Position numbers and translations under genes: made by a program
Shown: positions 11,101-19,963 of the stretch, piece by piece
How positions within the stretch are numbered: position 1 is the stretch's first letter
Layout: each line of letters begins with the position of its first letter
Virus record (IMG/VR): IMGVR_UViG_3300008963_000003
Location: 1,085 to 65,084 of that record
DNA length: 64,000 bases
DNA from: a virus
Lineage: Duplodnaviria; Caudoviricetes
Strand: one strand, 5' to 3'
The notes under the pieces: model-generated
What the model saw: only the letters and a program-made list of their open reading frames with translations
What the model was told of the DNA's origin: nothing
Databases searched by the model: none

Positions 11101-13647
11101 TGCAAGATTCAAAGGACCACTGTGTTGCACAAATGTTCGTCCAAATTGAGCTACTGGTCCTATATCTCGTAAATTGTTTGATCCTGGCTGAGCTCCTTCA
11201 AAGTTATTTGCTTCAATTACAATACTGCCAACATGATCATTTACTTGTCCTAAAGTAAATTCTACTATATTTTCATTTAATGGATTTTTTTCAAAATTAT
11301 GCGGTGTCTCATAATATCCATTTTGGTTTTTTGGTGTATCGCTTAAGGTTTTTATAAGAACTACACTGTTTTGATTTATATTTTCATTAAATTTAATAAC
11401 TTTTTGATGGTTTACATTCAATAATATATAATCGTCATCTAACTTTTGAAGCTGATTATCAATATATACAACAACTTTTAAATCCGAAATTTCAGCCGAA
11501 TTATTATATACATCAATAGGAAAATTATTTACAATTTCGTTTCCGTAAAACTGTCTAATTACATATTGATTGCTTTTTTTATTTGCTTTAGACCAACCAT
11601 TTACAAATTCAAAAGAATCACCAAAATTATCATATTTTTTTATAAATGCATTATCACTGCGTATTACAGCAGGCTGGTTTATTTCTTCGTAGGCGTAACT
11701 TTCATTTAATAGATTAAATTCAAAAGTAATATCACCAGTATTTTGTATATTCTTATATACAAGCGGGAATCCTAATTCAGTATCTGCTAAACCTTCGCCG
11801 GTTTTATAAGAAAATATTTTATTACCTTTGAAATCTGTATTTTGATATATTGTACTATCTGAAAAACTTGCACCATTATTGTCGAACAATTCAAACAATG
11901 GAGGTTGATTTAATTTATTTTTATCTTGTGCTTGTGTCCATTCTGAACCATTATACCAAAACATATTACCTGCATTAGCGGATCCTAGTTTTACAAGTAC
12001 AGTTTGATTTTCAACAGGTTCCGAATCTTCGGTTTCTATTAAACTAATTTGCTGATTGTTTTTAAATGTAATTAATTTTACCTCGAAAATTTTTCCATAA
12101 ACAAAAGTGTCATTGTCGCCTAAGAATAATATTCTCATCCCGTCTGCAATTTTTACACCGTCAACATAATAATCCGATGAACCTTCAATTTTACTAAACA
12201 CATCGTCACAAAAAGTATCAACTAAATCAACATTATCTTTTGCACTTGTGCCGTGATTATACAGTTTAAGACCGGCTTCGAACTCGATTATTGGTCTTTT
12301 TGCTCTTAAAGACTGATCAATCTCAACAGGTTGATTGTTAATTTCAGCACTTTTATTAATTACATCGATATGAAACCATCTATTGTATCTCGACCAACTA
12401 TTTCTGTCTGCACTGGATCTATTAATAACAATATAATCTTTGGTTCCTGCAAAACTTAAGGCGTCACTAAACGGAACTCTGTCAAATCCGTTATCATCAA
12501 AAGGAACTTTAGTATCTTGTGTGAATATAGCAGGTACTTCTAGATTGTTTATTGGAACCAATTTTATCGATTCGCCGACACCTTCAACATAAAAAAGACC
12601 AGTTTCATATTTTTTAGGTGTTACTGTACCTTGAAAATACACTTTCATTCCATTTGAAAAACTCCAGCCTTGTGAAGTAGTATATGTCTTTTTTCCTATT
12701 ATTTCATTTTCAACATCAATTACACTGTTTTCTTCAATGTTTGCTATTTCTATAGAACAGCTTACATTTAGATCGAACTGACTTACAAAATACAGTGTAT
12801 CTGGTGCATTATCAGGAACCGTAAATTGTAATATTCCGTTTTCCACAAAACCTTCATTGACAAATTGGTTAACGTTTTCTAAAGTATTTTCAACATCATT
12901 ATGTTGAATTATAACTCCATCTGTGTATAACGTATTGTTTATTAGACTAGTAGTTTGCTCTCTTGGCTCTGGTTTTGTGCTTCTATTAACAGCAATGCTG
13001 ATTGGATCGCCGTCGGTGTTTACTTCAAACCTATATGTTTGTCCTCTATACAACTTTAAACGTGGATTGCGTGTTTTACCATCAGGTGTAAACAAAAGAG
13101 CAGTGTTGTTATCATCAACTACTGTTGTAACAGTATAAGTGCTAATAATGCCTCTAGCTTGACCCTGAACTGCTATTTCCTGAGGTCCGTTTGGCAACCA
13201 GTAATATTCTCTAAAGTTAACAAACTTATCAAAATCAATTCTAGGATTCCAAACATAAAATTCTTGACTGTTTAATAAACTGTGATTATCTACAGAACCT
13301 CTGTACGATTTTATTAATCCTAGATAATCTACATAATCTTTATTATAAAGTATGTTTCCAATTTCATCACGAAACACACTAACTGGATCAAATTGATAAT
13401 TTCTTCTAGTATTTGATATTTCTTCTAAATAATTATCATCAATATTAACAGCTTTAGCTTCTCTTTTACCTACAAATGCATCAATTTTTTCTGCTACACC
13501 GTCGCTATTAAATTGATCTATTGTAGCATCAAGGAATTTTCTATTAGATTCAGTTCTAAAATATTTAGGTAAAAATTCTGCGCCTTTTTTTGGAGACTTT
13601 TTGCCACCTGGTAAAGGGAAGTCATTTTGATTGTCTTCGTATGCCAT
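5146..13647 (-). CDS. Giant baseplate wedge/virion structural protein (gp7-like position), N-terminal 2,833 aa
   Basis: Translationally coupled to gp6 (TAATG at 13647). Contains DFDKFVNFREYYWLP, FG-GAP-like propeller repeats (FGASVEITDDGNYLIVGAP) and short W..Y..G.IV.Y carbohydrate-binding-like modules. Confidence 0.7.
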   Translation of the reverse strand: MAYEDNQNDFPLPGGKKSPKKGAEFLPKYFRTESNRKFLDATIDQFNSDGVAEKIDAFVGKREAKAVNIDDNYLEEISNTRRNYQFDPVSVFRDEIGNILYNKDYVDYLGLIKSYRGSVDNHSLLNSQEFYVWNPRIDFDKFVNFREYYWLPNGPQEIAVQGQARGIISTYTVTTVVDDNNTALLFTPDGKTRNPRLKLYRGQTYRFEVNTDGDPISIAVNRSTKPEPREQTTSLINNTLYTDGVIIQHNDVENTLENVNQFVNEGFVENGILQFTVPDNAPDTLYFVSQFDLNVSCSIEIANIEENSVIDVENEIIGKKTYTTSQGWSFSNGMKVYFQGTVTPKKYETGLFYVEGVGESIKLVPINNLEVPAIFTQDTKVPFDDNGFDRVPFSDALSFAGTKDYIVINRSSADRNSWSRYNRWFHIDVINKSAEINNQPVEIDQSLRAKRPIIEFEAGLKLYNHGTSAKDNVDLVDTFCDDVFSKIEGSSDYYVDGVKIADGMRILFLGDNDTFVYGKIFEVKLITFKNNQQISLIETEDSEPVENQTVLVKLGSANAGNMFWYNGSEWTQAQDKNKLNQPPLFELFDNNGASFSDSTIYQNTDFKGNKIFSYKTGEGLADTELGFPLVYKNIQNTGDITFEFNLLNESYAYEEINQPAVIRSDNAFIKKYDNFGDSFEFVNGWSKANKKSNQYVIRQFYGNEIVNNFPIDVYNNSAEISDLKVVVYIDNQLQKLDDDYILLNVNHQKVIKFNENINQNSVVLIKTLSDTPKNQNGYYETPHNFEKNPLNENIVEFTLGQVNDHVGSIVIEANNFEGAQPGSNNLRDIGPVAQFGRTFVQHSGPLNLALYHLASKDANIIDAIKFARNEYAKFKKVFMQTAETLGFDGPVKKHVDRILDEINKDKNSNMPFFSTDMIGIGAAKKLQYTVLNNKNKFYALSKPFDMISVSNKAVTVYVNSIQLVFEQDYIFTPEGFVNILSELNNNDIIEIYEYETTEGCFIPPTPSSLGIYPKYVPEKYFDNTYKTPTDVIRGHDGSINIAYGDFRDDLLLELEKRIFNNIKVEYNSDIFDITDYVGGEFRNTKISDSALNNIMISDFVEWLKKAGDPDYTDNDFLTQSESFTYNYSNSVSPNGKKLPGFWRAVYKQAYDTDRPHTHPWEMLGYTIKPQWWEQQYGPAPYTSDNLILWRDIENGVVNEPGKQPVRLKKYIRAGLLKHLPVDQNGNLLSPLASGYAKEFSYITQRDLQYEFGDQAPTETAWRRSSEYPFSLLSALIIQRPADVLAKIFDCSRINRGLNGDLQYTETGRRIKLSELVFPGSIVNDQNVITSGLVNYIQNYMTSNVKTIYNNYIKELSGLDHQLGFKLAGFTDKSKLNLVLDSRTPSNKGNIFVPKENYDVILTSSSVQELVRYSGIIIEKIDKGYRVKGYDNEDTYFNYFKPIESDNDPNINVGGISESFINWAENRNYVTGKIVRFQQNFYRVITTHTSNDSFELDKFRLLPELPIVGGATATIKKKFETVPSKVNYGKVYTDIQQVVDFILGYGEYLKSIGFEFEYFNRTTEAVENFQQAIREFLFWTTQNWAAGTIITISPAANECKFTRDFYTVQDIYNGFYEYNVLKSDGNVLKTDFTNTVREDGNQFSIVPTNTDDGIYFAKFALIQTEHSVLIDNRTVFNDTIYDPEPGYRQERIRVIGYRTTDWNGTLNIPGFIYDDAKVTEWTPWQDYRIGDLVKYKEFYYSADRDISGSNIFDASNWNRLSERPESTLKPNWDYRAKQFADFYDLDTDNFDSEQQRLAQHLIGYQKRNYLSNIITDDVSQYKFYQGFIQDKGTNNALIKLFDKLGSANKDSLEFFEEWAVRKGQYGAIDQSDEVEYILDEKLFRIEPQLVELVNVVDNTRTDLVFQYPLKDVYVKPKNYDHTPFPVIYSDNNFSKTGGYLNLDQVNFIAKTIDDVLALDIKFVEIGNIIWVPQFKNSWNVFEHIKTDKRITSIERIETGFTAYFDKNINFVPGSIIGIDNINNEINGFHIVKSSTLNSVDIDLNTPLSSESYDFEDSTLGFVSEIASKRVATAEQMNLLINDLGLTPGEKIWVDNIDNKFAVLQNSKIYEQQQEIENAELGNGLFGVGIDTNPNNNVMAVGRPKDNKVYIYTRISDTQEYTLTQTIDSQFNKTLNINGVLLNNPAVVQTSIPHDLSNSDEITISEVVGTTQINEKNYFVKTTAFGNQIELYKDFELTIPVDATGFDAYIKGGVITYGKNFNLSSNFGASVEITDDGNYLIVGAPAASNVKTRYIGLLEQVQGNILEGDIVNDRGTLWRAKIDSPADGSTIDYTLDDWEQVFSIPVDSNGTVSNFKDQGVVQIYEKKLNNRFELLDSFVSVFPSQNEKFGSEIKSAIDVSLKNKLYIKSKKHNGRIYLFEKNENNFGTAADPLYRGTFNPAVKYEQDEIVFYEGLLYSAINTVPKNTGFRGELDWNQIDLNFDRVGYLPYLSDVIDGDSDSTGFTNSTNIADLFDVSTDTNTLVMSSFDTVESITKLAIYKINNGRYQFQETINSTDNLWNTGLAIDSNGSNIAVGDVYNDDKGIDTGRVLIYTYDTEQQSYNLNQTLYPLKGLKNELFGYSLEFNVENKLAVLSLNGKVEETVTFDNNSTFFDNKTTNFNEILKRQNQIYVFEKISDKYIIGEIVDYASYSIDNNGVRTLRDFSNVYSSKLIFKNNHITLSLPNVDYTDDKKGVIFDLRSDRNVKNWKAIGSAKDHVDYDFMKTAFLYDKTTDDLITYLDIIDPIKGKIANPAEQELSYKLYYDPAVYNVGSSNTGTDNPWNSDAVENCGGISV

Positions 13648-16600
13648 TATTGATTGTATCCTCCACCTAATGACTCAGTATTAGTAATAATTATGTTTGT
13701 ATCCGAGTCACTGCTTTGTATTCCGGTATTTGGGTCTGATGTTTCTGTAACAATAGCGCCGCTAGCTCTAAGGCGACTAGCAGTAATTGAATCTATTATT
13801 TCAACATCGCTTACTACTGCTGAACTTACAAAAATTTCATCGTTTTCGCTCTTAATTTCGTATAAACTGCCAAAACTTTGATTAGCATCTCGCGGGACCA
13901 AAACTATACTTACAATATCTGGTGCTAAACTGTTAATCAAATATGCTGCTAGTTCACTAAAATAAAAAGTTTCGCCAAAATCCCAATTGTCTAAACTGAA
14001 ATATTGATTTATTGCATTTATAATTCGACTTTTTATATCATTATCGTTGACTACTCTTTCAGGGTTTTTTACAACTTTAAAGACTGCTTGTAAATCAAGA
14101 TTAGATTTGCTACCAAACAATGGTTTGTATTTTACTGGATGATACACTAAATCATCGCTAATACTTTTTATTTTATTAACTTCGCCTCCATAACTTAGGA
14201 ATAGCTGATCATTGCTCGGCGGAAGTGGTTTTTGATCAATTCTGTTTTGTAAATAATTTCTAAATGCAATATCATATTGTCTAGTAAGAAGATATACATC
14301 TATTAAATTACTGCTGCTAGGATCAATTCTTGCATTCTCGTCAGCTGCATGACTGTATTCAAATTTTAATAATTCTCTACCAAGAAAAGCCTTATAATCA
14401 GTTACAAGGTTCAATTTTTGGTTTGGTAAATCTAATTTTTTAAATATATCTCTATCGATAATATAAAAAACTGTGCCATTGCTATAATTTGCAAAAGGCT
14501 GAGCATTTGATTCTGTAAGTATAGGAACAATGTTTTCTTGTTCAGCATTTACATAGTTATAAACTTCTGTTTTATTTAAGAATGATTTTTTTTGGAAAAT
14601 ATATCTATCTGTTTGTGGAAGATTTTCACTGTCCACAATTTGTTTAAATAAATCAGGATCGTCAACTACACCATCTGTATCGCTATCAAAAAAAGTAACT
14701 TCGATTTTTTTGCTATCAATGTATCCTGCTTGATTTTTAAATTCTTTTGATATTTGCCAAATCCAATCAACTGTAAACGAATCTAAACTGTTTGGTTTAT
14801 TGTTATTGCTTAATATTTTTACTGTATCATTTACAATTTTACCTGTTTTACTGTTATAAATTTTATCTTTGCTGTCAAAAAAGAATCTTGTTTGATCGTT
14901 GCTTTCAAAGATATATCTTAAACCTCTGCTTTTTATAGTGTAAACTTCGCCATCGGTTTCGAACAACAGTATCCAACTACTGTCTAACTGTTGATTGCTA
15001 TTGTCTCCTTGTTTTCCTAAACTAAAATTACTTACTGTATTTAGATTATTGTTTAAAATTACACGCCATTGTCTTTGATTAAAATCATATCTTAAACCAA
15101 ATGTTTTAAATGAAAATATTTGATCAACTACTTGTCGTGTAACATCTGATGAGATTTGATTATTAAATACTGGTATTATTTCTTCTAGTATACTACGCTG
15201 AGGTATTATATCATTTAACACAACTGGACCTAAACCAGTGTCAATATCAACTACAGTTCCTTGGTCATCAACACTTATTACTTTGGTCCACAAATAATTT
15301 TTTGATCCTAGATGTGTTGCCGGTCCAGACATCAAAGTACCGTCAGGCATAAAATGAAATCCTTCAGGTGCTTTAAATTTTAAAAAACTTCCTGGTTCAA
15401 TAAATTTTAGAATACTCTGTGTAAAACTACCTATAGTAACTGGTAAATCATTTTCGTCAACAAAATAACCTGTGGTTCTGTTTGTATCTACAGTGGTTTG
15501 ATTCCAAGATATTCCTAAATTAACAATTTCTTCATTACGAGGAAATTGATCGTAATAAAAGTTTTTAGTTCGATCGTCTTTTATTATTGGTTCGACAGTA
15601 TTTCTAATAACAGATTGTATATCGTTTTTGGAATTAAATTCAAAACTTTGTATATCTTCTATTTGTTCTTTGTAAAGTATACCATCGTTGCCAAATATCA
15701 AAGTATTACTATATTTTCCTGTTGCATCTCTTAGATCAAAATTTCTACTAATACCGCTGGATGTTCTATTAACTGCTTTGGCTTTGACAATTTCTTGAGA
15801 TATTCCTAATGTTCCTACATTGTAATCTTCGCCGGTAATTAGTCTATTCTGTGTATAATAAGTAGCAGGGGCGTTTGCTTTTATACTATTGTTATCTTCA
15901 CTAGTACTCGCATTTTCTACAGTTTCTTTTAATTCTAAAATTAAATTAATAGTTTCTCTTTTTCCGTTTCTACTGATATAAGGAATTTGCACATTTATAC
16001 CAAATAAATTCTCAGGTGTAATTTTATAACTGCGATTTGCGCTGGTTCTATAATATATTTTAAATTTACCCTTAGGTAATTCGCCAAATGTACCGTCACT
16101 GAATATTAAACTAATTTTATCATTTATTCTGCTAAGAACACTGTAAATATTTCTAATGTTTCTATTGATACTGTTGTAGATAATATTGTTACCTTCAACA
16201 CTATCTACTTTGGTCCATAGTTCAGTTTCAAAATTATTGCTGTCTAATTTATATAACCAAAGATCGCTGTTATTAATATTATTGGTATCTATGTTAACAA
16301 CAGTATTAGGAGCAGCACTGTTTACTTCAAATGTATTGCTTTGAATAGTACCTTGTCTAAAATGAAAGAAAAATCCAGTATTATTGCTGCCAGATCCTCT
16401 ACCATCATCTCTATAAAGAAACGCTAACTGATTTCCTGGATATGGATCTTCTTCAAAAATATTCGAATTATCAAAATTTGTGCTAACAACTTCAAACGCA
16501 GTCGAAACACTGTCTATGCTTTTTGAAAAATTATATACTGCTAAATTTTGATTAGCACCATTGAATCTATACTGCTCTGTATTGACACCTTGAATATTAG

Positions 16601-17129
16601 ACTTTTTAATTGGTCTGCCGAACGTATTATTAACTGGTAATCCAGCATTTAATATTTTAACAAACTGTTCAAACCAATTACTATTAGTGCTATCGTTCCA
16701 TATTACAGTTTAATTAGCTAAATTAACTCCGTTGCTATCAATTATATCCTCAGTTGTACTAATACTTTCTAGTTTTAACAAACCATTTGCAGGAATATTT
16801 CTTTTAGGATTGTAACTAAGTAGTCTAGCTAAACGCAGTACTGATTCTCTGCGCTCTGCTGTTTCTATAAAGTTTTCTCGTGCATTAAGATCAGTCCTAA
16901 ACGCCAAATTTTGACCAAGGAATGCAATAAGATCAATAAGAGCAAGATATTCTGAACTTTCGATATAATCATTAAAATCTTCAGGGTAATTTTGTCTGAT
17001 ATAATTTATCATAGTTCGGCGTAAATTATCAAAATCATAACTTTGAAAATCTGCATATTTAAAACTTTGATAAATTCTTTTCCAGTCTTCAGCTAATAGA
17101 AGTCTGTTCTGACGTTCAGTATTTGCCAT
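13647..17129 (-). CDS. gp6: Baseplate wedge subunit gp6-like (~1,160 aa) with one in-frame TAA at 16710-16712
   Basis: N-terminal DFDNLRRTMINYI...ENFIETAERRESVLRLARLLSYNPKR. FSDGTFGELPKG..IYYR lies between the two ORF-track pieces, in the same frame. IKANAP..YYTQNRLITGEDY follows. Confidence 0.85.
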
Positions 17130-17180
17130 TATGCATTCCTTGTTTTATTTTAATATTTATCAGTATGTATAAACTGCGTA

Positions 17181-17618
17181 CTAAAGTAAACTAGCACTTT
17201 GATCAAATCTTAAACGCAATGTTTCTGATATATTATATGGCAAATATATCAATTCAGCTTCGATTTGAATACCACTTTCAAAAGTATCAATTGTTACACT
17301 GTTAACCGAAACTCTTGGATCGTAGTTTATTATTTGTGTAACGTTTTCAATAATAGCTTCTTTTAAGCTGTCAGTTAATGGATCATACAACACATCCCAT
17401 ATTATTGTTCCAAATTCAGGATCACTGAGCTTTTCGCCTTGACGTATATGAAAATGATTAATAATATCCTGTTTTATTAAATCTAAATCATATAGATTAT
17501 AACTTCGGCCTGTTCTGTTAACTGTGCTGATTCCCCTATACTGTTTTGAAATAGGTCTTTCGGGCACTTTGTCTGCGGTCACTGTTATATTTTTATATAA
17601 TCTATTATCTGTTGACAT
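17181..17618 (-). CDS. gp25: Baseplate wedge subunit gp25-like
   Basis: LIKQDIINHFHIRQGEKLSDPEFGTIIWDVLYDP...DPRV matches the GPW/gp25 pattern. Upstream of gp6. Confidence 0.9.
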   Translation of the reverse strand: MSTDNRLYKNITVTADKVPERPISKQYRGISTVNRTGRSYNLYDLDLIKQDIINHFHIRQGEKLSDPEFGTIIWDVLYDPLTDSLKEAIIENVTQIINYDPRVSVNSVTIDTFESGIQIEAELIYLPYNISETLRLRFDQSASLL

Positions 17619-17625
17619 AGTATAT

Positions 17626-18549
17626 TTACCCTCTGTTTATATAAGTATCAGCAGCTTCTCTCAATTGATTGTCTAAGTTTATTTGCTGTTGATCAATTAT
17701 TTGTCCATTGACAACAAATTGTACATTCTCTAGGTCTGCTCGAGGAATAACATTTCTAAAAACAAAACCATTGTTAGAAGATTGTAATAATCTAGTTATT
17801 TGAGTTGCACTTTCTTGAGCCCTTGAACTGAGATTAGCAAAAATATCATTTCCAGTTACTTCAAAGATTATTTGATCTAAATTTCTAGCTTGTGTTGATA
17901 TTTGTTGCATATCGCTTGCAGGATTAGTAGTAAAATTTATATTTCTTCTTATTTCTTCTGTTTGCGTTTCAGTAAACACCGATGAAAAATTTTGTAAATT
18001 TCTATTGCCATCTACTATACTTGCTCCAATTTGCAATGTAGCACTTTGTATAAATTCTTGTGTACTTTGAGGTAGGCTGTTGTAAGCTTGGCTAAGATTA
18101 TTTGAAAAATTTCTTGTGACTCTAATAAAATCCTGTAGTACTGGGCCAATGCCTGGTATTTCAGATATTGTTTCGCCTATGTCGTTTAACAAAGAACTGG
18201 CAGCATCCTGTAAAGCGCCTGCAAATCTTCCAATTGACTCCGAAATAGCAGTACTAAAATTAGATATTGCACCACTTAATACACCTGATAATGCTGTGCT
18301 AGATATTAAATCTTGTGCAAACTGCGGCAATTGTTGAAACAAATTGTTTGCTAAACTTGACAAAATAGTACTAAGACTGCCTGGCAAACTTTGTAAAAAA
18401 GTATCAATAGTAAATGGCACTTCTCGTCCAGTAACATCTATAATACCACTAGGTTCTGAAACCTGGTTATTCGGAATTGTATTAATTGAATTACTGCTGT
18501 TTCTAGTACCAAGTGATCCGTTGTTTACTGGATATGTATCAGGCATCAT
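17626..18549 (-). CDS. Hypothetical helical baseplate-associated protein
   Basis: 307-aa ORF with AAAGGAG SD between gp5-like and gp25. S/Q/N/I-rich amphipathic segments. Confidence 0.6.
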   Translation of the reverse strand: MMPDTYPVNNGSLGTRNSSNSINTIPNNQVSEPSGIIDVTGREVPFTIDTFLQSLPGSLSTILSSLANNLFQQLPQFAQDLISSTALSGVLSGAISNFSTAISESIGRFAGALQDAASSLLNDIGETISEIPGIGPVLQDFIRVTRNFSNNLSQAYNSLPQSTQEFIQSATLQIGASIVDGNRNLQNFSSVFTETQTEEIRRNINFTTNPASDMQQISTQARNLDQIIFEVTGNDIFANLSSRAQESATQITRLLQSSNNGFVFRNVIPRADLENVQFVVNGQIIDQQQINLDNQLREAADTYINRG

Positions 18550-18557
18550 TATCTCCT

Positions 18558-19949
18558 TTATTCGTCCGGCGGTTTTGCTTGAGTTTTTTCAGGTGTTGTT
18601 TCCAACGGATTCCAATTTTCATGACCGTTCCATGGTTCGTGTTGCGGGATTCTTGTTGGAATATTTGCAGGATTAGCTTCAGCTGCTGCTGCGCCATTCA
18701 TGTCAATTCTATCTGCTGTTTCTTTATGATGAGAACTTTTTATGTTGCTAGACCCACCACAGGTAATTTTGCCATCAGCACCTGCTAATACCTCTAAATT
18801 TGCAGCAGCAGTTTGAAAAATATTTGTATTTGCATTTATGTTTATATTTCCGGCAGCATTGAAATTTATATCTCTTCCTGCATCAAAATTAAAATCATTA
18901 TCAGTGTGAAAACTAATGCTATCTTGTGCATAAACATCAATTTTGCCATTACTGGTCATTTCTATCCATGCAGTTCCTCTACTGTTGTTTATATAAATCA
19001 AATCTTCAGATGTATGCATTACAATTTGCATACCTGTTCTAGTTCTTAATCTTACTAGTTCATTTTGTGGCAATGTTACATCGCCGCCTGCTTCGCCTGC
19101 TTCCTTGTTGATGTAATTATAGGGTGTAGTTGCTGGCGGGCCTTCTCTGATCAATTTATCATCGCCGTCATCAATTAGTATACTACTGCTTCCTAATCTG
19201 CTAGTATGCATGGTAGCTTTGCTTTCTTTTAATCCTACTTCTGCCGTAGGACTTCCGCCTCTTTTATCCAGTGGACCCGGGCTACTAAATCCTACGACTG
19301 CACTTGGAGTTTCTCTTTGAGCGCTGCTTGTTGTTAATCCTCTAACTTCGTCGTCAATTAATCCTTGTGCCAAAAGAAAATCCACATAATCTTTGTTGTA
19401 AGGTCTTTTGTATTTTACAACATTATTAGTTCTAGGCTTGGTTATTTTTTTATTGTATTCGCCTCCGGGTAATTTTTTTCCTCTAAGATTGCTTGGAACA
19501 TCTCCTGACAGTTGTTCTGTCGAAGGATGGCCGTCAGGTAGCATAAATGTCATACCTCTTTCTGGTACACAAGCAAACCAATATCCGTAATCTCTGCTAC
19601 CCTCAACAAAAATAACCATAACTATAGACCCTGGATCAGGGGGTACTGCCCACCAGCCATAGCTTTTTTGAGTATCTGCGTAATTGTCATTGCTGCCTGG
19701 GCCGCGTTGACTATTAGTTAACCCGTAGAAAGGACTAGCATAAAAAACCTCAACTGTTTGACCAAGTGTTTCACTGATATTTCCGGCCTCAGTGGTTTTT
19801 AACAATTCTACTTTTAATCCACCAGCATAATAGCTATCCAAATGTTCAATAACTCTTGCCAAATACGGACCCGGACGTCTTGTATCAGTGGCGTTATCAG
19901 CTGTTCTTGATTGTTGATTTTTGCTTACATTTTCTTCAGCCATTAACAT
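18558..19949 (-). CDS. gp5: Baseplate hub/central spike gp5-like (OB fold plus beta-helix; no lysozyme domain seen)
   Basis: GPYLARVIEHLD...SYGWWAVPPDPGSIVMVIF is the OB domain. RLRTRTGMQI...GTAWIEMTSNGKIDVYAQDSISFH marks the beta-helix repeats. Confidence 0.75.
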   Translation of the reverse strand: MLMAEENVSKNQQSRTADNATDTRRPGPYLARVIEHLDSYYAGGLKVELLKTTEAGNISETLGQTVEVFYASPFYGLTNSQRGPGSNDNYADTQKSYGWWAVPPDPGSIVMVIFVEGSRDYGYWFACVPERGMTFMLPDGHPSTEQLSGDVPSNLRGKKLPGGEYNKKITKPRTNNVVKYKRPYNKDYVDFLLAQGLIDDEVRGLTTSSAQRETPSAVVGFSSPGPLDKRGGSPTAEVGLKESKATMHTSRLGSSSILIDDGDDKLIREGPPATTPYNYINKEAGEAGGDVTLPQNELVRLRTRTGMQIVMHTSEDLIYINNSRGTAWIEMTSNGKIDVYAQDSISFHTDNDFNFDAGRDINFNAAGNININANTNIFQTAAANLEVLAGADGKITCGGSSNIKSSHHKETADRIDMNGAAAAEANPANIPTRIPQHEPWNGHENWNPLETTPEKTQAKPPDE

Positions 19950-19963
19950 TCCTTTTATATAAT

